Source: a virus
Lineage: Duplodnaviria; Heunggongvirae; Uroviricota; Caudoviricetes
DNA: 33,227 bases
Reading direction: 5' to 3' (one strand)
Virus record (IMG/VR): IMGVR_UViG_3300045450_000131
Coordinates: 1 to 33,227 of that record
Shown one piece after another: positions 26,069-32,473 of the stretch (within the stretch, counting starts at the first letter, position 1; the number at the start of each line of letters is the position of its first letter). A program made the position numbers and the translations under genes. Under the pieces are notes generated by a model. It ran no database searches, was not told where the DNA came from, and saw only the letters and a list, made by a program, of their open reading frames with translations.

Positions 26069-26075
26069 TATTTAG
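26069..26075 (-). promoter_or_regulatory. Late-type box CTAAATA upstream of lolA
   Basis: GCTAAATAAG is identical to the 10-mer at 4875-4884. Confidence 0.45.
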
Positions 26076-26110
26076 CATCTAATACTGTATGAGCAGGCGA
26101 TATAGGTAAT

Positions 26111-26497
26111 TCAATCAAATACGGTGATTTCCACTCGTCGTGGTTTAACGGTCGTAATTTCATCATCCCATTCCGTGCCTTCATGAGAGGTATAGAATCC
26201 CTCAACGCTAACATAGCCAAGAGCAGATTCGATTTGATCAAATTCGTTTGCTTTAGAGCCTCCAGGAGCAATCGCAAAGACGTGACAAACATACTCACCT
26301 TGCCCTTCACCCCCTCCTTCACATTGAACTTCAATTAGTTCTAGATTAAAGGGGTATCGTTCAAGATAACACCGGTTATAAATTAGGTCTCCTACTTCCA
26401 TGTCATTAAAGTCCAGCCACTCTTGTGCCCACTTTGCAGGGTCTTGTTGAGCTAGCTCTTTGTCTGCGTCAAAGTCATTACCAAATTCGTATTCCAT
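26111..26497 (-). CDS. Acidic phage protein with GGGEGQGE motif, paralog B
   Basis: EGGGEGQGE...ALGYV...GFY.S..GTEWDD shared with 26499-26894. Confidence 0.8.
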   Translation of the reverse strand: MEYEFGNDFDADKELAQQDPAKWAQEWLDFNDMEVGDLIYNRCYLERYPFNLELIEVQCEGGGEGQGEYVCHVFAIAPGGSKANEFDQIESALGYVSVEGFYTSHEGTEWDDEITTVKPRRVEITVFD

Positions 26498-26498
26498 A

Positions 26499-26894
26499 TT
26501 AATTCCATTCATTAAATTTAGTCACCTGGACTACTTTAGGATAAACCACTCGCAGATCGTCATCCCACTCGGTGCCATTATACGAGCTATAGAATCCACC
26601 GAGCTTTACATAGCCAAGTGCACCATTAATTTGTTGAATATCATTAATTAATGAGCCCTTAGGCGCGATTGCAAAGATTCGAATTACCTTTTCGCCTTGA
26701 CCTTCACCCCCACCCTCGGCTTGAACTTCAAATACGCCCAAGTCAAATGGATAATCCGCATTACCAGTATCACCCTCTCCAAGCGATGTGGTATTAATTT
26801 GATTCAGTTTCATCCATTGCTTGACCCACTCTACAGGGTCAGTGATTGCGAGCAGCTTATCTTGTTCAAAGTCCTTACCAAATTCGAATGCCAT
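26499..26894 (-). CDS. Phage protein with GGGEGQGE motif, paralog A
   Basis: Tandem paralog; AGGAGAG RBS. Confidence 0.8.
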   Translation of the reverse strand: MAFEFGKDFEQDKLLAITDPVEWVKQWMKLNQINTTSLGEGDTGNADYPFDLGVFEVQAEGGGEGQGEKVIRIFAIAPKGSLINDIQQINGALGYVKLGGFYSSYNGTEWDDDLRVVYPKVVQVTKFNEWN

Positions 26895-27628
26895 TTTTCT
26901 CTCCTATCGATTAAAAGTTCTTTTTCATTTAAAATTAAAAACAAAGAAAACCAACCCTTTGTCATCGTCGTGCACAGCTTGTAATATGCATAATTTACAG
27001 CGGATAAAATCTCTATCTTAGTGCTAGCTAATGTCAGCTTTCGCCTTTCGATCGCCGTTACTATAATTTCTTCCAAACAGATTTCAAATTGCTGTTCAGC
27101 AGTTAAGTTTACAAATAGTTCTTGGCTGCACCAGGCTTTAGTTAAATCAGGTCTGATTGATTCGTGCAAAGGCCGATCATAAAATGCCACCTGCTCATGA
27201 AGCCATTCGTGGTTATAAATTCGATCTACCTTATCAGTAAAGAAGTCATCAACCTTCTGATTTAAATTAATTGGCTTCTTGCCGTGAATTTCAAGCCAGA
27301 CGTTTTCTAAATCTCGCAGTACCTTATAATTAAGCTTGCAACCTTTCTGTTTGAAGAAGTTAATGTCAAACATCGTCTTCTTCCACTTAATGTTGTATGA
27401 CGCGTGAGACACCTTTAAGGTATAGAGTAGGTCTTTATCTAAAAAGGTCTTACACGTATTAATATCCATCATGTACTGAGCAGCATTATGCCACGAAGTA
27501 TCTACTAAGCACTTAGTCGGATTCAAACACTCAATTTTGGCGGGTGTAAGAACGTCGATGTCGCCAGGGTCTCGAAAGTCAGGAAAGTGGTGCTTAGCTG
27601 CGACACTTCCAATTATGAGCCACTTCAT
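26831..27628 (-). CDS. Pol-beta-superfamily nucleotidyltransferase-like phage protein
   Basis: IIGS...DIDV (hG[GS]...DxD) at the N-terminus; LYTLKVSH, HEWLH motifs. Confidence 0.7.
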   Translation of the reverse strand: MKWLIIGSVAAKHHFPDFRDPGDIDVLTPAKIECLNPTKCLVDTSWHNAAQYMMDINTCKTFLDKDLLYTLKVSHASYNIKWKKTMFDINFFKQKGCKLNYKVLRDLENVWLEIHGKKPINLNQKVDDFFTDKVDRIYNHEWLHEQVAFYDRPLHESIRPDLTKAWCSQELFVNLTAEQQFEICLEEIIVTAIERRKLTLASTKIEILSAVNYAYYKLCTTMTKGWFSLFLILNEKELLIDRREKWHSNLVRTLNKISCSQSLTL

Positions 27629-27897
27629 ACCTTAAGATTAATAAGCGGACTCTGCAGGTATGTATCAGCGTGCTTTTCAATATACACATATGCTTCATCC
27701 CTAAACACCGTGTCGCTCAGCCCCCACTCAAATGCCGTCATTCTTATGTGTAATGGTAATGAGATAAATGCCTGCATCAGAAACATGTCGCTCAAATAAC
27801 CTTCTGCCCAGTCGTGCAAATCCAGCGCGTCAAAAACACAGTCATGAAATGACCCCACGCTGTCTTTATTGCTAAAGAGTTCTTCAGTGCTTCGCAT
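27625..27897 (-). CDS. Hypothetical protein
   Basis: 90 aa, coupled to the next gene; AFEWGLSDTVFRD motif. Confidence 0.7.
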   Translation of the reverse strand: MRSTEELFSNKDSVGSFHDCVFDALDLHDWAEGYLSDMFLMQAFISLPLHIRMTAFEWGLSDTVFRDEAYVYIEKHADTYLQSPLINLKV

Positions 27898-27898
27898 T

Positions 27899-28087
27899 TT
27901 ATTTTTGCCTAAAAAGATTAGAGATAAGCATCATAACATAAATTGGTGGAAAAGTAAAACAATACATGCACTTATCCCACCAGCTATTTGGGTATTCTGA
28001 TAAATCAAAACCATTTTGCATGACAGAGTTTGCCAAAAATAGCCAGATTACAAATGCGGCGCAAGCTAATAAGATTACAATCATCAA
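27899..28087 (-). CDS. Small membrane protein
   Basis: Two hydrophobic segments. Confidence 0.6.
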   Translation of the reverse strand: MMIVILLACAAFVIWLFLANSVMQNGFDLSEYPNSWWDKCMYCFTFPPIYVMMLISNLFRQK

Positions 28088-28254
28088 AACTTGGATAAAA
28101 TTGCCGCAATCGCAAATACTGGGATGAATCCAATTGTGTCTAGAATATTTTCAAGTGTGGTTGGTTTACGACACTTTCTGCCAAGTGCAGATACGTACCA
28201 CGCAACTGACAAAATGGACCACACTAGTATCCCGAGTAAGATATACCAGATCAC
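28084..28254 (-). CDS. Small membrane protein (56 aa)
   Basis: Below the track cutoff; GTG start, MIWYILLGILVWSILSVAWYVSALGRK...; fills the gap with 4-nt overlaps on both sides. Confidence 0.55.
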   Translation of the reverse strand: MIWYILLGILVWSILSVAWYVSALGRKCRKPTTLENILDTIGFIPVFAIAAILSKF

Positions 28255-28598
28255 GATAGTGCTAGTTTAGCAACTTGTTTTGGATACTTGCTAACTTCTT
28301 CACCATGTAGGTCGAGTTTAATCTTAATCTTTTCACGGCTGAAGCCAATTACGACTCCAATAAGCATCTTAGTGTTTGTGTTATAGCTAACAGTTGCAAC
28401 CTTATCCCCAATACACAGTGAGTTGTTTGCAGCATCATTATGAGAGATAGTCGAAACTTTACGAACCGCGACTGGTGCTGGCTTTGGTGAAGGAGGCGGG
28501 ATATAAGGCATTACAAGCTTTGGTGCCTGGAGTCCTTGAGCTTGAAGGCTGCTAGACATTTGTTGCGCTCGCCGGCGCTGCTCTTCTTTGTTGAACAT
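28251..28598 (-). CDS. Hypothetical protein with C-terminal SH3/KOW-like domain
   Basis: LCIGDKVA...GVVIGFS..KIKI; AAGGAG RBS. Confidence 0.65.
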   Translation of the reverse strand: MFNKEEQRRRAQQMSSSLQAQGLQAPKLVMPYIPPPSPKPAPVAVRKVSTISHNDAANNSLCIGDKVATVSYNTNTKMLIGVVIGFSREKIKIKLDLHGEEVSKYPKQVAKLALS

Positions 28599-28621
28599 AA
28601 TTACTCCTTTAATGTTGATTA

Positions 28622-28652
28622 AATAGCCGCCATTAAAATAATGGCGGCTATT
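28622..28652 (-). terminator. Intrinsic terminator
   Basis: 14-bp stem AATAGCCGCCATTA/TAATGGCGGCTATT after the vWA gene. Confidence 0.75.
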
Positions 28653-28655
28653 GTA

Positions 28656-29714
28656 TTAGCGTGCGGAAGGACCTTCGAGGAAGGCCTTACCGACTTGTTT
28701 CCAATACAGGAGGTTGGTGCCGGCGTCAAGCTTGCGGTTGACGGATGTAGATTGAATGTACACCTCAAAGTCACCGAGATCATCGGGTGCAAGGCGTACA
28801 GTACCCACAACAGGGAGCGCCAGCATTTGGCGAGCTGCATCGCCCGCATACACCGCGCCAGTGGACTTTTCACGAATTGCAATGCGTTTGTTAGCTTGCA
28901 CCTTTGGTTCGGTCTTTACTAGTTGATAGAATGCACCACCACGAACCATCGCTTCGCCAAGCTTAGCTTCAACAAATGGGCGGATTAGACTTTGGTTATC
29001 AGCTTGAGTGACGGGAATAAATTGCACCTGGCTTGAGATGTCAGTGAGAGCAGTTTTCACTTCCTTGATGTTTACATCCGCCAGGTTTGCATAGAACTTA
29101 GTAGATGATTTTTCTCCTAGTGCGCGGCCAGAGAAGTATTGCGTGAATGCTTCGCGGTTAGCTTGCGCCGCGACCTGCACACCCTTTTCAGTTTGATCCC
29201 ACTCAAAGATGTTACCGCTTGGGATACCAAGTTGAATAAGTCGACGACCGTAACCGCGAGGAACTCGGAAGACAAAAGTCCATCGATCGGTATTTTGCAG
29301 TTTACGAATGCGTTCTGCCAACTTGGCAGCGCTGGTTCGGGAGTCATTGTCTTCGCCGTCAGTAGTTGCCATTACGAGGAAGGAAACTTCAGGATCGCTC
29401 GCATCAGGCACATTAGACATGATGTCGATTAGTTCCATCACCGAGTCGAAGAGAGGCGTACCATTAGCATCTGCTTGGTATGCATTTTCAAGGATTGGGG
29501 AGAGTTGGTTGACGTTAGAGTTAACGATCTCGCGGTGAACGATAGAGCGGCTGCCGTGTCCGCACTTAACGACCGAAACTACGGTGTCTTGGTTGTTTGC
29601 GAGGGACGCTTCGCGAATGGAAGCGATGTTGTCATTGTAGTCGCGGGCTGCAGCGCGGGCGATTGAGCGCATAGAGCCGGAATGATCACGTGAAAGTCCT
29701 ACATAGTTCTTCAT
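28656..29714 (-). CDS. von Willebrand factor A domain protein with extra C-terminal domain
   Basis: MIDAS motifs DHSGSM, GTPLFD and TTDGEDN; start moved to ATG 29714 (GGAG RBS). Confidence 0.85.
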   Translation of the reverse strand: MKNYVGLSRDHSGSMRSIARAAARDYNDNIASIREASLANNQDTVVSVVKCGHGSRSIVHREIVNSNVNQLSPILENAYQADANGTPLFDSVMELIDIMSNVPDASDPEVSFLVMATTDGEDNDSRTSAAKLAERIRKLQNTDRWTFVFRVPRGYGRRLIQLGIPSGNIFEWDQTEKGVQVAAQANREAFTQYFSGRALGEKSSTKFYANLADVNIKEVKTALTDISSQVQFIPVTQADNQSLIRPFVEAKLGEAMVRGGAFYQLVKTEPKVQANKRIAIREKSTGAVYAGDAARQMLALPVVGTVRLAPDDLGDFEVYIQSTSVNRKLDAGTNLLYWKQVGKAFLEGPSAR

Positions 29715-29781
29715 AAAATTCTCCAAAAGTCTAAAATTAAAAAGTTGTGTTGCTTTATGCTGCAACGTTTTTATTTATTGT

Positions 29782-29811
29782 ATTTTATAACCTAAAACAC
29801 GTAAAGTACAC
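29782..29811 (-). promoter_or_regulatory. Early promoter variant GTGTACT-N17-TAAAAT
   Basis: GTGTAC core and spacing conserved. Confidence 0.6.
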
Positions 29812-29827
29812 CAATTTTTGGTGATTA

Positions 29828-29849
29828 AAAAGGACCCTAGGGTCCTTTT
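29828..29849 (-). terminator. Intrinsic terminator
   Basis: Perfect palindrome AAAAGGACCCTAGGGTCCTTTT after the DUF1328 gene. Confidence 0.75.
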
Positions 29850-29855
29850 AGATGA

Positions 29856-30044
29856 TTACCACCATGGTCCGCGTCTTGGCCCACCGCCCCAACCACCGCC
29901 AAATGCAAGTGATAGGACAAATAGAATTAGGAAGACGACGAATAGGATTTTTGCAATGCCTGCAAAAGTAGAAGCGATGACGCCAAAACCAAAAAGGCCT
30001 AATACCACGGATAGAAGTAATAGAACGAGTGCAGTGTATAACAT
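29856..30044 (-). CDS. DUF1328 (UPF0391/YtjA) small membrane protein
   Basis: LGLFGFGVIA..FAGIAKILFVVFLILFVLSL matches the family signature. Confidence 0.88.
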   Translation of the reverse strand: MLYTALVLLLLSVVLGLFGFGVIASTFAGIAKILFVVFLILFVLSLAFGGGWGGGPRRGPWW

Positions 30045-30060
30045 ATTTTATGCTCCTAAA

Positions 30061-30348
30061 TTAACGAAATGAAACGCAACGAACTGTGCGTTCAACAAAT
30101 CTGCGACCATCACGGATGACAGTGCGTTCCTTAACTACCTTGCGCTCATTGCCGCGGCAGCCATCACGACGCATGTCATGGCGAAAGTCGCGTCTATCGT
30201 GCATTCTGTTACCATGTCCATGGTGCTGTGAGTAACCGTGGCGGTCTGGGCCTCTAACGTCTTGTTCAAAACGGTGTGGGCCACCTTGAGCTTGGGCGCC
30301 AGCCATGCCTAGAGCTAGGGCGGCAACTGCTAGAAATTGCTTAATCAT
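30061..30348 (-). CDS. Exported Arg/His/Gly-rich protein
   Basis: Sec signal MIKQFLAVAALALGMAGAQA; C-terminal Cys pair; start ATG 30348. Confidence 0.75.
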   Translation of the reverse strand: MIKQFLAVAALALGMAGAQAQGGPHRFEQDVRGPDRHGYSQHHGHGNRMHDRRDFRHDMRRDGCRGNERKVVKERTVIRDGRRFVERTVRCVSFR

Positions 30349-30371
30349 CGTAATTCTCCTCATCTAATTAA

Positions 30372-30407
30372 AACGGCCCTTGACTATATTTCAAGAAAAG
30401 GGCCGTT
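30372..30407 (-). terminator. Hairpin terminator or attenuator
   Basis: AACGGCCCTT/AAGGGCCGTT stem followed by TTAATT on the minus strand. Confidence 0.55.
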
Positions 30408-30433
30408 ATGTCTTACTTACCTATAAAAACCAA

Positions 30434-30910
30434 TTAAACTGCCTTACCACCGGAAAGGTTGCGACGGTCAGTATCTCTGTCAAGATTCTTTTCGCCAACC
30501 TTAACGATCTTTTCTGCGTCTTCTGCAGCGCCTGGAAGGTGAGTGTTAGCGTCCATCGCCGCCTGCTTTGCAACAGGATCACGGGTTGGGTCGCCCTTGC
30601 TCATTTCAGCGTCACGTTCGCGCTCTAGACGAGCAGCCTTGCGGAAGCTATCTTCGCCTTCCTTGTCTTCGAAGTGACGGCCGTAAATTTCTTGACGCTC
30701 GTATTCTGTCTTACCCTTGACTTCCTTGTCTAGCTGCTTAACTAGCTTCTGGTCTTCCTGAGTTTCCTGAACACGTGTGTCATCCTTCTTGGAATCGTCC
30801 TTGCTGACGTCGTCTTTCTTGACTTCGTCTTTCTTGGAATCATCGCGCTTTGCAGTATCAACAGGGACGTTTTTCTGGTCGTCGTTTGGATTTGTTGTTG
30901 CCATTTTCAT
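30434..30910 (-). CDS. Highly charged hydrophilin-like protein with (S/V)KKDD repeats, late
   Basis: Dominated by D/K/E/R; KRDDSKKDEVKKDDVSKDDSKKDD; TATAAATA upstream. Confidence 0.75.
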   Translation of the reverse strand: MKMATTNPNDDQKNVPVDTAKRDDSKKDEVKKDDVSKDDSKKDDTRVQETQEDQKLVKQLDKEVKGKTEYERQEIYGRHFEDKEGEDSFRKAARLERERDAEMSKGDPTRDPVAKQAAMDANTHLPGAAEDAEKIVKVGEKNLDRDTDRRNLSGGKAV

Positions 30911-30942
30911 CTCCTAAAAGGTGTTGTTGTAAAAGTACTTCT

Positions 30943-30950
30943 TATTTATA
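30943..30950 (-). promoter_or_regulatory. T4-type late promoter TATAAATA
   Basis: Exact box, embedded in a CTTCTT/AAGAAG inverted repeat. Confidence 0.7.
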
Positions 30951-30986
30951 TTACAAGAAGGTATCTTCATGACTTTATATATGTTA

Positions 30987-31277
30987 TTAAAAGTCTGCTT
31001 TTTGACCACCGCGTTCTGCTTTATCTTTTTCTAAAGCGGCGCGTTCAGTCACCATCGGGTCGTGAAATTTGCCTTGATCCGTTGAAAGGTCTGTGTTTAC
31101 TGGTATAGACGCAGCTGGTAAAGATTGACCTTGATTTACCGCTTGAGCAGTAGGTTGGCCAACACCGGTTGTGTCTGGTCCTGTATTTGTCTCTGGCTTT
31201 GGAGGTACTTTATTAATCTCCGCCTCACGTTCGATACGTGCAACGTTTTGATCTTCATTTTGATTTTCTTGTGTCAT
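30987..31277 (-). CDS. Disordered hydrophilic protein
   Basis: Q/N/T/P/E-rich, no hydrophobic core; AAGGAGAG RBS. Confidence 0.75.
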   Translation of the reverse strand: MTQENQNEDQNVARIEREAEINKVPPKPETNTGPDTTGVGQPTAQAVNQGQSLPAASIPVNTDLSTDQGKFHDPMVTERAALEKDKAERGGQKADF

Positions 31278-31292
31278 AATTTTCTCTCCTTA

Positions 31293-31316
31293 AAATGGGG
31301 CCACGCCCCATTTATA
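31293..31316 (-). promoter_or_regulatory. Hairpin overlapping a late-like box TATAAATG
   Basis: AAATGGGGC/GCCCCATTT stem at 31293-31313; TATAAATG at 31309-31316. Confidence 0.4.
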
Positions 31317-31685
31317 TTACTCACGAACTGGCTTACGCTGCACTTGCATTGGGCGCTTTTCTTCGACCTTTGTAGTAACAGTTTCTGTCTTCTGAATAAT
31401 GACCGCTTCAGTGCGCTTCTCAACTACAACGACTGGCTTTGGAATCTTGCAGTCAATGAAGTGGGTTTGATCGCCCATGTCAACGCGCTTTGGGTTGTAG
31501 CCCATGGTTGGCCAACCGCGAAGGTGCCAAGGTAAGATACAACCATTCTCGATGGTGCCCTGACCTGCTGGTGATGTGGAGTAGTATTCGAACCCGCCAT
31601 TTGGAGTTCTCTTGCCTACTGGTTCAGCTGCGAAAGCAGATCCAGTGGCTGCTGCGACGGCTAGAGCCGCGATAAGTGCCTTCAT
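31317..31685 (-). CDS. Exported protein of unknown function
   Basis: Sec signal MKALIAALAVAAATGSAFA; Cys pair; Val-rich tail ending RKPVRE. Confidence 0.75.
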   Translation of the reverse strand: MKALIAALAVAAATGSAFAAEPVGKRTPNGGFEYYSTSPAGQGTIENGCILPWHLRGWPTMGYNPKRVDMGDQTHFIDCKIPKPVVVVEKRTEAVIIQKTETVTTKVEEKRPMQVQRKPVRE

Positions 31686-31725
31686 CTTATTCCCCTTTGG
31701 AAATGCTACAACATCGTAGCTTTTT

Positions 31726-31733
31726 TATTTATG
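31726..31733 (-). promoter_or_regulatory. Late promoter variant CATAAATA
   Basis: One mismatch to TATAAATA, 40 nt before ATG 31685. Confidence 0.5.
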
Positions 31734-31754
31734 GGAAACCAAGACTTAGTCTGT

Positions 31755-32102
31755 TTAAAATTCCTGATTGCTGGCAACTTTTACGATGCTTTTCTGCTTC
31801 TTTAAGTTAGCAGGCTGGCCCGTACCGAGCTCGTCGTGAGAGGCAATTGCATACAGGTCAATCAAGGTTGGATTTTTACCATGCCGTTTGTATAAGATAC
31901 TAATGTCGTGTGTTAAATGGGCATGAATAAGACCAGAATCTCTTAACACTCCAGCCACAAAGTGCTGATCCTTTGCCCCAAACCTAGACATTGGATCAGC
32001 ACTTTTCTGTTTAATGAATTCTTGTAGCTTAGCTGAAACTTCTTGCTTATGTTTAGCTAAAGTTTGTCTGAATAGCTCGCACTGTCTGAACTTTACAGTC
32101 AT
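31755..32102 (-). CDS. RelE/YafQ-fold putative mRNA interferase toxin
   Basis: IHAHLTHDISILY and IASHDEL correspond to YafQ [ED]CH[IL]..D.LLIY and GSHSEL. Confidence 0.65.
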   Translation of the reverse strand: MTVKFRQCELFRQTLAKHKQEVSAKLQEFIKQKSADPMSRFGAKDQHFVAGVLRDSGLIHAHLTHDISILYKRHGKNPTLIDLYAIASHDELGTGQPANLKKQKSIVKVASNQEF

Positions 32103-32275
32103 AGCAGATTATCCTGCATCAAGCTCAGAATCAACTCGGCTCCATCTTGTTCTTTGCCAAAATTGCTTTCCTGAACATTAAGAGCTTCCGTCAGGATTGC
32201 TTCAGAAAACTTTACGTCTTCCTGCATTGCAGCTTCAGTAATAAGGACTTGAGAGAGGAGGTTAGATTTGTTCAT
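32099..32275 (-). CDS. Small acidic protein, candidate antitoxin
   Basis: 58 aa, acidic, ATGA-coupled upstream of the toxin. Start moved to ATG 32275 because ATG 32299 is too close to the promoter. Confidence 0.55.
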   Translation of the reverse strand: MNKSNLLSQVLITEAAMQEDVKFSEAILTEALNVQESNFGKEQDGAELILSLMQDNLL

Positions 32276-32302
32276 GAATGAATTATAACACAATTTCATG
32301 AA

Positions 32303-32310
32303 TATTTATA
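32303..32310 (-). promoter_or_regulatory. T4-type late promoter TATAAATA
   Basis: Exact box directly abutting the inverted-repeat element; a TATAAT also lies at 32282-32287. Confidence 0.65.
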
Positions 32311-32473
32311 CAGGTTTATTTGCAGTAAGCACCATTGAAAAGTTGCAACGGACTCGAACCGTATACACCATTCAACCTTTTGACTTTGCTGGTGGCCACC
32401 AGCTTTGTCAGACTGCGCAGTCACATTGCTAATGATTATCACCATTAGCTGGTGCTTACTGCAAATAAACCTG
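32311..32473 (-). ncRNA. Candidate structured ncRNA: 24-bp terminal stem enclosing four hairpins, one with a TpsiC-type loop
   Basis: Perfect IR CAGGTTTATTTGCAGTAAGCACCA (32311-32334) / TGGTGCTTACTGCAAATAAACCTG (32450-32473). Internal hairpins at 32428-32449, 32411-32422, 32381-32410 and 32338-32381 (ACGG-TTCGAGT-CCGT). No plausible CDS. Confidence 0.65.

Noticed and set aside
26068-26334. 88-aa alternative-frame minus-strand ORF
   Set aside because: Overlaps the better-supported paralog gene 26111..26497 in another frame; no RBS.
32311-32471. Theta/HDV-like ribozyme, tmRNA, SRP, 6S or YrlA identity for the element after the tRNA
   Set aside because: No nested double pseudoknot is visible; no 3' T-arm+CCA or tag ORF; no SRP GGAA/GNRA domain; the centre is multibranched rather than a bubble; the T/D arm order differs from YrlA. 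Judged by eye and needs an Infernal search.
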